A stretch of DNA of 64,000 nt from an uncultured Bacteroidales bacterium (GCA_964349365.1 CAYGFY010000013.1:3729-67728); one strand, 5' to 3'; counted from the first letter of the stretch, positions 17,855-28,298 are shown. Program-made: numbers and translations. Notes: generated by a model not told the origin, from the letters alone.

Positions 17855-20800
17855 TTACCGTTGCTTTACCATTTTACGTATGATGGTTTGGTTGCTTGGG
17901 CCAACCAGTTTAACCAGATAAATTCCCGCTGATAACCCACCGGTCGGTATTTCCATTGTGTTGGCCCCTTGGTTATCTATTTTTAACACTTCCTGGCCGG
18001 TAATGGTCGAAATTGTAACAAACTTAACGTTATGAGTACCTGTGAGATTAATCTTCGAATTAAAAGGGTTTGGAAACAGGGCTACCTCGTTCAAGGTTGG
18101 TTCGTAAACACTTGTTTCGATAAGTACCGGCAAGAATTTGTCATCGTCAATCACGTTTAGTGAACCTGAAACCGTTGGAAATTCCAGGTACTTAACCGAA
18201 TAATTGTAGGTACCGGGTATTAGTGAAAGTGAGCAACGTCCGACACTATTTGTAAGTAGCGTTTGGCCAGCAATTTTTATTTCGGCTTGGAATAGCGGGC
18301 CTCCGGATGTTGCCACTTGAAAAGTAACAGTGTACAAGGGCTGAAGATTTATATCCACCTCGACATTCTGGCCATTAACTACAAGCTGGCCGGCAACCTG
18401 CTGGAAGCCATTTTTTGTAACCAAGTAAGGATAAGTACCGTTTATCAGATTCACGTATGCTAAACCGTTGCTGTTTGAAACCACGCTACCATTGTTAATA
18501 TCAATTGAAGCGCCTTCAATCGGATTTTGATTAGATTTGATGGTAAAAGTTGCAATGTACAATGGCAACAGGCTAATATAAACCGGTGCATTTGCCGCAA
18601 CAACAAAGGTACCAGAGGCAGGCAAAAACCCTATCTTGGTAACATTATAAATCGAAGTACCTGCCTGAAGACCCTGCAAAACAACCATCCCAGAAGCATT
18701 AGTTGTGCCCTCTTTATTACCAACCTTAACCAAAGCTCCCTCTACAGGCCCGGATGGGCTGGTAACTGTAAATGTGACATCATGGAATGGCCCGTGACAT
18801 GAAACCTGTGCAGACCACCCAGAACGAACAACGCTATTGTCACTAATGAAATGGAACGTTAACGGGCCGTTGGTTGAAGTGAAAGGTCCGGGTATTGAGG
18901 TACCACAAAAACGACCCAGAAGAGTTGATTGAGTATTTGGGCCGTCATAAACAAGTAATCTATCAAAATTGCAAGTAGATTGGCTTTCCACATCAAAGGT
19001 AATGAATTGAACCCTTAACATTGCATCTGCAATGGCTGGATTAAATGTGAGTATCAGGTTTTCTTGGCCGGAATAATTGGCTGATGGCCCACCCGAATCG
19101 TAAAATAATGCATTGCAGGTAGTTATTGATCCATTGTGCATATTTACAATCGTTGCTAATTGAGCAGTGAAGAACGACCAAACAGGGCAACCAGCGGCAC
19201 TGCCCGATCCGTTTTTGGGTACCACCTTCCAAACGTAATTTGAATACTCCTGGATGATAAAATTAAAGCTATTGGTGGCTACCGTGGCTGTAACGGTTTG
19301 TGGCAACGACTCCACCCCAATGAATACATCATATTCGACGGCGCCCGGTACAGGGTTCCAACCTAACGTAACCGGGCTTGCATTAACAACCTGACCAATT
19401 GGTGGGGTGGGGTTGGTGGCGCAACTTGGCGGAACACTTAAATCAATACAGAAAAAGTCTGCAGCCCATCCTGGTCTTACAACAGAACCATCTGAAGTGA
19501 AAACAAAGGTAATTGCCCCTTGTTCGTTTGTGGCCATAACGGTACCTGGCGAAACAGTTCCCATAAACGGGCTTCCAGGAAATTGGGGTGAGGAAGAATT
19601 TGGGCCATTGTAAATGAATAATCTATCAAAGGTATTCTCTGTATTGAAAGAGGTAAAATTAAACAATAACCTTGCCTGGGGGTTAGTAGGCATAAAAGTC
19701 ATGGTTAGGTTCTCGTTGTTTGAATAATCTCCGGACACCCCTCCACTGTCATAAAAACGTCCGATACAGGCCGATACCTGACCGTTTTGCATGTTGAACA
19801 CAGGAATGAAACCAACAATTATGGTTAAATCTTTGTTCGCTGAATAGTGCCCTGATCTAAGGTCAAGGTTTACCACGGTACTAGTTTCCAGGGGGGTGTT
19901 AGCATTGGCAGTAACCGAAAAGGCAGCTGTTGCCGATTGGCCGGCGGGGAGCGAGGTAATGTTTATGGTGGGTGAACCGTTTATGCTCAAAAATGGCGAT
20001 TGGGTGGTGAGTAATGCCGCAACATTGTTGGCAGCCGAGTTGCCAGCATTAAAAACTTGAATTACGGCGTTGGCAGTTTCTCCTGCATCTAATACACCGG
20101 GTATGCCTTGGTTATTATCGTCGATTGTAATTGACCCAATTGACAAAACAGGTGCCTGGGCCTTGATCCTTATGTTTGACGTCCAAACCTTATCGCCACT
20201 TGTGATTGTGAGGACAAAAGTGGCTTGATGCTGATTAGGAACATTGTTTGTCAAGGTAAAAGAAAAAGCATCATTTACCGTTGCAGTATTTCCGCTGGCT
20301 CCATAAGCAATGTTTCCGAAATGTACTGGCCCCGTGGTTGTGGCCGAGAAGAAATCATCACTACCCGATAGTGTTGCCGTGATATTTGCTCCAAGGTTGG
20401 CACCAACATTTTTTAGGGTTAGATTAATAGAAAAACTCTCACCATAATCGGCAAGACCGTTATTATTACCAGATTGGTCATTGATAACGAAATTGTCAAC
20501 TACAATAAATGGACCCTCCAAAGCTGCTGCCGGAACTTCCATGATGTATGGAATATGCTGTGGCTTGGTAACGACAATCATAACATTTCCACCTTCGAGT
20601 ATTGGTTGAATTGGCACTGCAACTTCACCTGTAGCACCAACGAAAGCAGCTCCATGCAACACCCCATTTTTCGAAATTCCAACATAAGAACCTGGAAGAG
20701 CATTAACAGTATAGGTGCTAAGCCCAATCGGAACTATTGGAAGGTGTGTTACCTGGTTTGTTAATCCTTCCTTTAAATAAATGTAAGTTGACGGGTCTCC

Positions 20801-22639
20801 AAATGTGTGGTATGCCTGCCAGTAGTAGAGAGCGCTTTGATGAGTGGGCCAATTATTGGCTGCCGCTGTTGTAATTGCCAGGTTTCCCACAAATTTAAGG
20901 GCAGCGACCGACAGGTAGTCCGAAACAAAAGGTGCGTCGTATGCACCCACCGTGGTTTGGGCAACGGTAGGCACGTATCCATCGTTTTGTCCTACTATGG
21001 GGAATGCCCCTACGGCCCAGTAGAAATCATTAAACCAGTGAGTATTGGGAGCCGAGCCAATATAAGCCACCGCTCCCTTGTTTTGGGCGCGTACCCAGGC
21101 CTCCCCTATTGATTCAGGGTTGCTAAACAATGAGCTTTTGCAGCAGTTGCCAATAGCTAGCGGGTATTTGCCGGTGTTTGTCATTGCATGAACCATGGCA
21201 GTGGTAAGCGTTGGGTCGGCCCACGAGGTGGGTGAGCAGTGAGCGGTGAAGTTTATCAAGCTCACCGATATTCTCGCATTATCGTAGCATCCTGCATACC
21301 CAGGGCTATTGTTTGGGTTGTTTGGATCGTTAGCCACGCCGTAGCCCCATACCGTGGCAAAACCGTTGGCAGCATTAAAATAATTTGCGGTACCGTATTT
21401 TACGGTAGGTTGACCAATTCTAGGATTCCAGGTTGCATCCTGGCCGGCAATCAATGTAACATTATTCAAGTAAGTTGGATCGGCAAACTCGTATCTTTGA
21501 TAGTACAAAATCTTGTCAATCTGGTTTTGCAATTCTTGTACGTTGCGTGCCGAGAGGCGGCCGTAGTACATTTCGGGAAACATGTCACCATCAACAGAGG
21601 CATAATAGAGGTCGGTTACCGAATTGGTGGCACTTCCGTTTGCAGATGCTGGCATTGTGGCCGGGTCACCAACCATAATAACAAATGTGGGTGCAGGGTT
21701 ATCGGGGGTGGCGGCATTGTAAATTCCGTGAATAAAGTTTCTAATGGCCGTTACTGTTGTTCCGATTACATCAGTATAGCCAACTGTTACATAAATACCC
21801 TGCTGGGTTTTCCACTCAATAAACGGTTGCAGGGTTGCCTGAAACATCCTGTTGCTTACAATCACCATTTTAATGGGATTTTTCGTAAGGTCAGGATGTG
21901 AATTGTAAAGGTTTTTGCTTGGCAGTCTCGTTTTTAACCTGTTGTAAACTGGCTCGAAATATGGCGAGAATGTTGACGCCTGTGCAATCATGGTTCGCGA
22001 AATGTCGGCATTTCTATAATTAATTTCTATTTCCAGATCGTTGTAAACTTCAAGAATTCCTTCAGACGGGTTATATCTGATTGGAGCCACCGTTAGTTGG
22101 GCAATCCTTACACCGCGAAGAACACCCAGGATGTCAATTTTTGCGAGTAGCTCCTCATTAAATGATTTGTCGGCATAGGCCTCTGGTTTGAATTCAAATT
22201 TCACCTCTGAAGGGTCTTGGTCCTTGCGTAGCATTGGCTGTGCCGGCATAATTAGGTTTGTAACCCCTACCTCGGAGAGCTTGATTGTTGACTTTGAGAA
22301 CCTCACCACCTCAACATCAACATCTGCCCCGAATGGAATTTCGATCAGGTGCTTGGATGCTGGCAATTTCGGGGTTCCGAATTCGCCCACGTAATGACCA
22401 CCTTCAAGAAAAAACTCCGTGAAAACTCCTTTTTCGGTTTCAACATTTATTCCTTGAAGGCTTTGAAAGTTAAATTGGAATACCGCTCGATTGAAGTCGC
22501 TTTGTTTAACTTCGGTAGAACTTTTCTCGGCAGAAAGGCCGATGGAAATTGGTTGGGCAATAACTGACTGAAAACTGAAAAGGATTGTTAATACGAGAAC
22601 CAATTTTAATGGTTTGGTGCCTTGGTAAAGTGCTTTCAT
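17855..22639 (-). CDS. secreted peptidase C25 (gingipain-family cysteine protease) with two CUB-like domains, FN3/Ig-like domains and a T9SS C-terminal sorting domain
   Basis: C25 catalytic-region strings are INFTAHCSPTSW (His) and LAIGNCCKSSLF (Cys). MVIVSNRMFQATLQPFIEWKTQQG is typical of C25. The CTD is VALFPNPFNSKINL...GIYLVKLVG...KMVKQR. I place the start at the ATG at 22639 (MKALYQGTKPLKLVLVLTILFSFQSVIAQ). The -7 box at 22669-22676 lies downstream of the track start 22681. Confidence 0.85.
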   Translation of the reverse strand: MKALYQGTKPLKLVLVLTILFSFQSVIAQPISIGLSAEKSSTEVKQSDFNRAVFQFNFQSLQGINVETEKGVFTEFFLEGGHYVGEFGTPKLPASKHLIEIPFGADVDVEVVRFSKSTIKLSEVGVTNLIMPAQPMLRKDQDPSEVKFEFKPEAYADKSFNEELLAKIDILGVLRGVRIAQLTVAPIRYNPSEGILEVYNDLEIEINYRNADISRTMIAQASTFSPYFEPVYNRLKTRLPSKNLYNSHPDLTKNPIKMVIVSNRMFQATLQPFIEWKTQQGIYVTVGYTDVIGTTVTAIRNFIHGIYNAATPDNPAPTFVIMVGDPATMPASANGSATNSVTDLYYASVDGDMFPEMYYGRLSARNVQELQNQIDKILYYQRYEFADPTYLNNVTLIAGQDATWNPRIGQPTVKYGTANYFNAANGFATVWGYGVANDPNNPNNSPGYAGCYDNARISVSLINFTAHCSPTSWADPTLTTAMVHAMTNTGKYPLAIGNCCKSSLFSNPESIGEAWVRAQNKGAVAYIGSAPNTHWFNDFYWAVGAFPIVGQNDGYVPTVAQTTVGAYDAPFVSDYLSVAALKFVGNLAITTAAANNWPTHQSALYYWQAYHTFGDPSTYIYLKEGLTNQVTHLPIVPIGLSTYTVNALPGSYVGISKNGVLHGAAFVGATGEVAVPIQPILEGGNVMIVVTKPQHIPYIMEVPAAALEGPFIVVDNFVINDQSGNNNGLADYGESFSINLTLKNVGANLGANITATLSGSDDFFSATTTGPVHFGNIAYGASGNTATVNDAFSFTLTNNVPNQHQATFVLTITSGDKVWTSNIRIKAQAPVLSIGSITIDDNNQGIPGVLDAGETANAVIQVFNAGNSAANNVAALLTTQSPFLSINGSPTINITSLPAGQSATAAFSVTANANTPLETSTVVNLDLRSGHYSANKDLTIIVGFIPVFNMQNGQVSACIGRFYDSGGVSGDYSNNENLTMTFMPTNPQARLLFNFTSFNTENTFDRLFIYNGPNSSSPQFPGSPFMGTVSPGTVMATNEQGAITFVFTSDGSVVRPGWAADFFCIDLSVPPSCATNPTPPIGQVVNASPVTLGWNPVPGAVEYDVFIGVESLPQTVTATVATNSFNFIIQEYSNYVWKVVPKNGSGSAAGCPVWSFFTAQLATIVNMHNGSITTCNALFYDSGGPSANYSGQENLILTFNPAIADAMLRVQFITFDVESQSTCNFDRLLVYDGPNTQSTLLGRFCGTSIPGPFTSTNGPLTFHFISDNSVVRSGWSAQVSCHGPFHDVTFTVTSPSGPVEGALVKVGNKEGTTNASGMVVLQGLQAGTSIYNVTKIGFLPASGTFVVAANAPVYISLLPLYIATFTIKSNQNPIEGASIDINNGSVVSNSNGLAYVNLINGTYPYLVTKNGFQQVAGQLVVNGQNVEVDINLQPLYTVTFQVATSGGPLFQAEIKIAGQTLLTNSVGRCSLSLIPGTYNYSVKYLEFPTVSGSLNVIDDDKFLPVLIETSVYEPTLNEVALFPNPFNSKINLTGTHNVKFVTISTITGQEVLKIDNQGANTMEIPTGGLSAGIYLVKLVGPSNQTIIRKMVKQR

Positions 22640-22668
22640 AAAATGGTTTTTGTGTGCTTGATGATGGG

Positions 22669-22676
22669 CAAATTTA
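22669..22676 (-). promoter_or_regulatory. -7 promoter box TAAATTTG for the C25 protease gene
   Basis: The reverse complement of CAAATTTA is TAAATTTG, 30 nt upstream of the ATG at 22639. Confidence 0.45.
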
Positions 22677-22711
22677 CACAAAAATCGTTATAAAACGAAA
22701 TTGCACGAAAT

Positions 22712-24103
22712 TTAACTCGAGTACTTTCTAACCAAATTCTTGAAAGCCATACCTCTTTTTTCAAAGTTTTTGAACTCATCATAGCTCGAGGCAGCAGGGG
22801 ATAAAAGGCATATTTTACCTCTTGGCGTAAAGTCTAGTGCTAATTTAACAGCATTTTCAAAATTTTCGGGCAGTAATATGCTTATGTTGCCAATTGCACT
22901 TTTTTTATCCAAGCTTTCATGAATTTTTCTTCCGGCTTGGCCAATTAGGATTAGGGTTTTTAAATTGGTATCGGGTAGAAAATCGGCCAAGGGTTTGTAA
23001 TCAATCCCACGGTCAAACCCTCCGGCAATAAGGGTTGAAGTTTCGGGGAAGGCCTTAAGTGCCTCGATGGTTGCCTGGGGAATGGTCGAAATTGAATCGT
23101 TGTAAAAATGTATTCCCCGAGCTTCACCCACGTACTCGAGTCTATGGGGCAGCCCCTTGAAAGAAGAAACTCCTGTTTTAATGGCATCGGGGTTCAGACC
23201 ACACAAAATTGCCACCAGGGCAGCGGCCGAAACATTTTTTAGATTATGCCTGCCGGGGATTTTTATCATTTTTGCCAAGCCTTCAATTATTTGCCTATTG
23301 TTCGCGATATCAATAACAAAATCATCGCCTGCAAAAAAAAAGGATTCCTTTTTCTTGTCATTTGTTCCAATAAACAGGATTGTTCCATCCAGGGTTAGGC
23401 TATTAATTAAATTCAAAACATCATGGTTGGATATATCGGTGATGAAAAAGTCATTTTTTGATTGAAACTTGGCAATATTTGCCTTTGCCAAGTGGTAATC
23501 GAAATACGAACGGTAGTGGTCGAGATGTTCTTGAAAAAGATTTAGCAAAACCGAAATACGTGGAGAAGTCGAACAATTTTCGAGTTGGTGACTGCTTAAT
23601 TCCAAAACAATAATCGAGTCTGGGGTTACTTGGTTTATGATTTCGAAAGGCGGGACCCCAATGTTTCCTGCCAAAAACGATTTACGCCCCGCAGAAATCA
23701 AGATATGATGCAAAAGGCTCGAGGTGGTGCTCTTGCCTTTAGTTCCGGTTATACCTACAACTTGGTCTCTGTAAAGCCTCAAAAACAGGTCTGCTTGAGA
23801 ATAAATTTGCCCTTTGTACCCAAAATTTTCAAGCACCATTGTTGGAATGCCAGGGGATTTTACAATTAAGTCGGTTTCGGACAGTTTTTCAAGATAATTT
23901 TCACCCGTGAAAGTTTTCACGTTGGCATCGGCAGCAAGAATATTTTTCTTTTCTGCTGACAATTCAGACTTATCCAGTATCATCATTTGCGATCCGGGAA
24001 CGTATTTTCTGATGGTTTTGTAGGTTGAGATACCCTCGCGGCCAAAACCCAAAATTCCAATCCTTTGGTGGGCAAATAGGTCAGCAAAAAACTGTTCAAT
24101 CAT
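22712..24103 (-). CDS. murD: Mur ligase, MurD-type (UDP-N-acetylmuramoyl-L-alanine--glutamate ligase)
   Basis: 463-aa ORF with an N-terminal Rossmann segment IGILGFGREG, the Mur ligase P-loop GITGTKGKSTT, and a C-terminal SPAASSYDEFKNFEKRG. Confidence 0.8.
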   Translation of the reverse strand: MIEQFFADLFAHQRIGILGFGREGISTYKTIRKYVPGSQMMILDKSELSAEKKNILAADANVKTFTGENYLEKLSETDLIVKSPGIPTMVLENFGYKGQIYSQADLFLRLYRDQVVGITGTKGKSTTSSLLHHILISAGRKSFLAGNIGVPPFEIINQVTPDSIIVLELSSHQLENCSTSPRISVLLNLFQEHLDHYRSYFDYHLAKANIAKFQSKNDFFITDISNHDVLNLINSLTLDGTILFIGTNDKKKESFFFAGDDFVIDIANNRQIIEGLAKMIKIPGRHNLKNVSAAALVAILCGLNPDAIKTGVSSFKGLPHRLEYVGEARGIHFYNDSISTIPQATIEALKAFPETSTLIAGGFDRGIDYKPLADFLPDTNLKTLILIGQAGRKIHESLDKKSAIGNISILLPENFENAVKLALDFTPRGKICLLSPAASSYDEFKNFEKRGMAFKNLVRKYSS

Positions 24104-24157
24104 TGGTTTATTTTTATACGTGGTTTGACTTGATTGAAACGCAGATGTAATTATTGT

Positions 24158-25225
24158 TCATGATGCTTTAGTTTTTGCCTTGTCAATTTTTCCGCTTTCA
24201 AGGTAATGGAATTCGGGCTTGAAAATTACTTTTCGTGGTATTTCAGCTTTTTCAAGCAATGAGCCAAATTGTTTGCCAAGATAATCAAGGTCAAAATCAT
24301 CGGCTTTTGCTTGGATGTAAAGCACCGGGTTTTGACCTGCCAGTGGATTGTCTTCGGCACCGATGAAAAACGGAACGCTCAATACTTGCTCAAGTTTTCT
24401 TTCGATCAGGGCAGGATGGAGTTTGTTTCCGGCACTGATAATTGCTTCGTCATACCGTCCTAAAATCTTGAACTTATTACCTTTTAAAATTGCAATGTCG
24501 TTTGTAACAACTTTTTCAGGTGCCAATTTTGGAGCCTCGATTACAATGCAACCCCTATCGTCGAGTTCAATTAAAACACCGGGTAAGGGTTTAAACCATT
24601 CGCTTCTGCCGGGTCCATTTATCTTTCTCAACGCCACGTGCGAAAGGGTTTCGGTCATTGCATAAGTGTGCCAGCAATTAGTTTTCACTCCTTGCAGTTG
24701 GCTCTCCAAGGCGCTTGAAATGGACGAACCACCAATTATTAACTTCTGAATCTTTTGGAGTTGTTTTGGGTCTTTCTTCAACATGTTGGATACTTGGAGT
24801 GGTACCATTGCGGCAAAATTAACCATTTGGTTTACTCCGTCAAGGGGATATCCAAAATCTTTGGAGATGATTAAGTTTAGCTTAAGTTCTATTGCCCTAA
24901 CAATCATCATTTTACCGGCAACAAAATCGGGAGAAAGGCAAAGAAGCGCGGTATGGTTCTCTTTGAGATTAAAGAGCCGGCCGGTCATCATGGCACTTGC
25001 CACCATGTTGCTTTTTGCAACAAAAATCTCTTTTGGTTTACCTGTCGATCCCGAAGTTTGGAGTCTTAAAGTTGGCCACTTGTCGGCCCACTCTGCTAAA
25101 AATCGATTAACCTTTGCCTTGATTGAACCATCTCCTTCAGAGAGCGAACTAACCCCTTGCGCCACCTTTTCAAGCAATAGTATTTCTCCGTTAATGATAA
25201 TTATTTTCTTGTTTGGCAATAGCAT
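24158..25225 (-). CDS. menE: o-succinylbenzoate--CoA ligase (short Bacteroidota-type AMP-binding enzyme)
   Basis: 355-aa ORF with AMP-binding motifs TSGSTGKPK and YAMTET. It sits last in the men gene string. Confidence 0.8.
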   Translation of the reverse strand: MLLPNKKIIIINGEILLLEKVAQGVSSLSEGDGSIKAKVNRFLAEWADKWPTLRLQTSGSTGKPKEIFVAKSNMVASAMMTGRLFNLKENHTALLCLSPDFVAGKMMIVRAIELKLNLIISKDFGYPLDGVNQMVNFAAMVPLQVSNMLKKDPKQLQKIQKLIIGGSSISSALESQLQGVKTNCWHTYAMTETLSHVALRKINGPGRSEWFKPLPGVLIELDDRGCIVIEAPKLAPEKVVTNDIAILKGNKFKILGRYDEAIISAGNKLHPALIERKLEQVLSVPFFIGAEDNPLAGQNPVLYIQAKADDFDLDYLGKQFGSLLEKAEIPRKVIFKPEFHYLESGKIDKAKTKAS

Positions 25226-25314
25226 TTCCTTAAATTAATTGGTAGTAACATATTATCAAAACGACTATTTACTGGCACCCTGATTATGCAGGTACGCCAT
25301 CAAGATAATTTAAA

Positions 25315-26361
25315 CTATACATTAATTTCCCATTCAATTTCTGGAAAATGAAACAGTTTTCCGTTTGAAACAGTTAGAGGCGATTGGAAATTGTTTGTGT
25401 AAAGTTGTCCGGTTCCAAGACCTTGTATTGTGCTAGGGTTTTTATTAGAAATCCACTGGGCAATTGCATTAAGCCCCACGTTTGACTCAAGTGCCGATGT
25501 TACCCACCAACCCATCTTCAGTTCTTTGGCAAGGTAAATCCAATCTTCGGCCTCACCCAAACCGCCCAACAGGCTAGGTTTTAGAATGAGGTATGAGGGA
25601 GCAATCAACTCCAAAATTTCTTTTTTCTTGTTGTTGGCCACAACACCGATTAGTTCTTCGTCAAGTGCAACGGGTATTGGACTTGTTTTGCAAAGCTCCG
25701 CCATTTGTGCAATTTGGCCTTGCTTTATGGGTTGTTCTATTGAGTGAATGTTAAAATCAGATAGGGTTTTTAGCTTTTGTAAGGCTTCTTCAGTTTTGAA
25801 AGCACCATTAGCATCCAATCTTATTTCAAGGTTTTCGTTTTTGAATTCTTCACGTATGTATCTGATCAAATCAACTTCTTGATCAAAATCAATTGCCCCA
25901 ACCTTTAACTTTAGGCAATCAAATCCCTGTTCCACCTTTTCAATGATTTGCTTCTTCATTTCCGACTTACTTCCCATCCATATCAAGCCGTTTATGGGCA
26001 AACCTCGCTCTCCGGCAAGAAAGTCATTTTCATGAAAAACTCGTTTACCTCCGGCCATAAAATCGTTTAGGGCGGTCTGTAAACCAAACTTGATAGCTGG
26101 AAACAAACGACTTCTGTATTCCATCCAATATTCGTGCAAGTTTATTGACTCGCAAACAGCATTTAGTTCGTTTTCAATTTTATCAAAGGGGTCGGGGCTT
26201 AAACCTGGAATTATGCTGCACTCTCCAATTCCGCAAGTCTCCGGGTTTTTATCATCAAAAATGAAAATCAGCCAAGAATCCTTGTAAAGCAGCACACCTC
26301 GCGATGTTGTTGCAGGCTTGCGGAAGAAAATTCTGTAATACTTCCAGGTTGCCTTAAGCAT
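25315..26361 (-). CDS. menC: o-succinylbenzoate synthase (enolase superfamily)
   Basis: 348-aa ORF with LKLKVG, EIRLDANGAF and SIEQP metal-ligand regions. It is adjacent to menA with a 2-nt gap. Confidence 0.8.
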   Translation of the reverse strand: MLKATWKYYRIFFRKPATTSRGVLLYKDSWLIFIFDDKNPETCGIGECSIIPGLSPDPFDKIENELNAVCESINLHEYWMEYRSRLFPAIKFGLQTALNDFMAGGKRVFHENDFLAGERGLPINGLIWMGSKSEMKKQIIEKVEQGFDCLKLKVGAIDFDQEVDLIRYIREEFKNENLEIRLDANGAFKTEEALQKLKTLSDFNIHSIEQPIKQGQIAQMAELCKTSPIPVALDEELIGVVANNKKKEILELIAPSYLILKPSLLGGLGEAEDWIYLAKELKMGWWVTSALESNVGLNAIAQWISNKNPSTIQGLGTGQLYTNNFQSPLTVSNGKLFHFPEIEWEINV

Positions 26362-26363
26362 TT

Positions 26364-27263
26364 TTATATATTTATTAAAATTATGTAAACCACTGTGAGC
26401 AACAAGGTTTTAATGGCCAGCTTGCGCAGAAATGGGTCGAGAAATTTTTCACATTTCGATTTTTTAATATCAATTAGGTCGGCGAGAAAAAGTGGAAGAA
26501 CAATTAAAAAGCCAAGGCCAATTAAGTTACGACTACCAATAAAGAGGTAGAGCAAAAGCAAAGGAAAAGGTATCAAAATCAATGCAGCCTGAAATGTCCT
26601 TGCCCTATCAAGTCCTAACCGTGATGCAATTGTTCGCTTGTTGTTGGCAATGTCGTTTTCGATGTCGCGCATGTTGTTTATGTTAAGTACACCTGCAGAA
26701 AGCAATCCCATTGCCGATGCGGGCAAAAGAACGGGCCATTCCCAGAAACCAACTGATAGGTAAAAGGTTCCGCCAACGGCCACAATGCCGAAAAACAAGA
26801 ATACGAAAACTTCACCAAATCCCTTGTAGCCATAAGGGTTGTTTCCAACGGTGTAGAGTATTGCAGCCAGGATTGCCATTAATCCCAAAGCCACGAAAAC
26901 CATTTTTGCCACGGCCGTTACTTGCGAAACTGCAAATATTAACACCAGGCCGTTTATCAAGGCAATGACTGAAAAAACAACTATTGCCGCTTTCATTTGC
27001 TTCGAAGAAATGGCCCCACTTTGAACCGACCGTGTGGGTCCTACTCTTTTTCTGTTGTCAACGCCAGAGGTAAAGTCGCCGTAATCGTTGGCAAAATTAG
27101 ATAGTATTTGCAAAAACAAAGTAGTTAATGCCGCACAAATCACGGCCAAATAGTTGAAACTTTCTTGCGAAAGGGCAAGCCCCCCTCCCATGAATATTGA
27201 TGCAAGTGCCAAAGGCAAGGTACGCAGTCGGGCAGCTTTTATCCAAGAGGCGAGTGAAGGCAT
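26364..27263 (-). CDS. menA: 1,4-dihydroxy-2-naphthoate polyprenyltransferase
   Basis: 299-aa polytopic membrane ORF with the UbiA-family motif NDYGDFTSGVD. Confidence 0.88.
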   Translation of the reverse strand: MPSLASWIKAARLRTLPLALASIFMGGGLALSQESFNYLAVICAALTTLFLQILSNFANDYGDFTSGVDNRKRVGPTRSVQSGAISSKQMKAAIVVFSVIALINGLVLIFAVSQVTAVAKMVFVALGLMAILAAILYTVGNNPYGYKGFGEVFVFLFFGIVAVGGTFYLSVGFWEWPVLLPASAMGLLSAGVLNINNMRDIENDIANNKRTIASRLGLDRARTFQAALILIPFPLLLLYLFIGSRNLIGLGFLIVLPLFLADLIDIKKSKCEKFLDPFLRKLAIKTLLLTVVYIILINI

Positions 27264-27395
27264 TTGGTTGGACGGATTATGTTTTGACAGGTTGCTCCTC
27301 GACTTTGCTCAATTTTAAATTTGCAGGGCAGTTGTGTGGTTTATAGTATTCAAGAGTTTATAATCTACTTCTGCCGACAATCTTTTTATCAAACA

Positions 27396-28220
27396 TCATG
27401 GAAATTTCGGGTACTTGTGAAAGTCCGGGTCACGTTTCTCAAGAAATGCATGCTTGCCTTCCTGGGCTTCTTCGGTCATGTAATAGAGCAATGTTGCGTT
27501 TCCGGCAAATTCCTGCAATCCAACCTGCCCGTCAAGTTCGGCGTTAAGTCCCAACTTTAGCATTCGCAAGGCCATTGGGCTGCGTTTGTGGATTATTTGG
27601 CACCATTCAATGGTTGCGTCTTCAAGTTTTTCAAGAGGAACGACCTTGTTGACCAAACCCATTTCAAGTGCCTCTCTTGCTGAATAAAACTGATTTAAAA
27701 ACCAAATTTCTCGAGCTTTTTTTTGCCCCACAATGCTTGCAAGGTAGCTGCTTCCGAGCCCGGCATCAAAACTGCCAACTTTCGGACCAACTTGTCCAAA
27801 CCGGGCATTTTCAGATGCAACCGTAAGATCGCATATCACGTGTAAAACGTGGCCTCCACCCACAGCCCAACCATTTACCATTGCAATAACTGGTTTTGGC
27901 ATTGACCTTATGCGCCGTTGCACATCCAAAACATTCAGGCGTGGTATTCCCTCATCGTCTATGTAGCCGCCGTGTCCCTTTACTTGTTGGTCGCCGCCAC
28001 TGCAAAAAGCCTTGTCGCCCTCGCCTGTAATTACAATGGTGTAAATATCTTGTCGTTCGCGGCAAATATCAAGGGCATCGGCCATTTCGAAGGTTGTGGC
28101 TGGCCTGAATGCATTTTGAACCTCAGGCCGGTTAATGGTTATCTTGGCAGTGTTGCTAAAAATTTCAAAACGAATATCCTTGTATTTCTTGAGATTTTCC
28201 CAATTGCGTTTTTCCGACAT
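27396..28220 (-). CDS. menB: 1,4-dihydroxy-2-naphthoyl-CoA synthase
   Basis: 274-aa crotonase-fold ORF with [26 protein letters not shown] and a C-terminal FLEKRDPDF. Confidence 0.92.
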   Translation of the reverse strand: MSEKRNWENLKKYKDIRFEIFSNTAKITINRPEVQNAFRPATTFEMADALDICRERQDIYTIVITGEGDKAFCSGGDQQVKGHGGYIDDEGIPRLNVLDVQRRIRSMPKPVIAMVNGWAVGGGHVLHVICDLTVASENARFGQVGPKVGSFDAGLGSSYLASIVGQKKAREIWFLNQFYSAREALEMGLVNKVVPLEKLEDATIEWCQIIHKRSPMALRMLKLGLNAELDGQVGLQEFAGNATLLYYMTEEAQEGKHAFLEKRDPDFHKYPKFP

Positions 28221-28298
28221 GTTTAAAATGTTAAATTTTGTAAGTTATCGAAGTTCGTGTCAAAATTAGCAAAAAAAGTTTAATCCTGGTATCCCAAA

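Noticed and set aside
13487-22711. Genomic island or prophage interpretation of the ORF-free gap plus the two giant protease genes
   Set aside because: I could find no integrase, transposase, tRNA gene or flanking direct repeats. The proteases are typical chromosomal T9SS cargo, so the region is treated as accessory but not demonstrably mobile.
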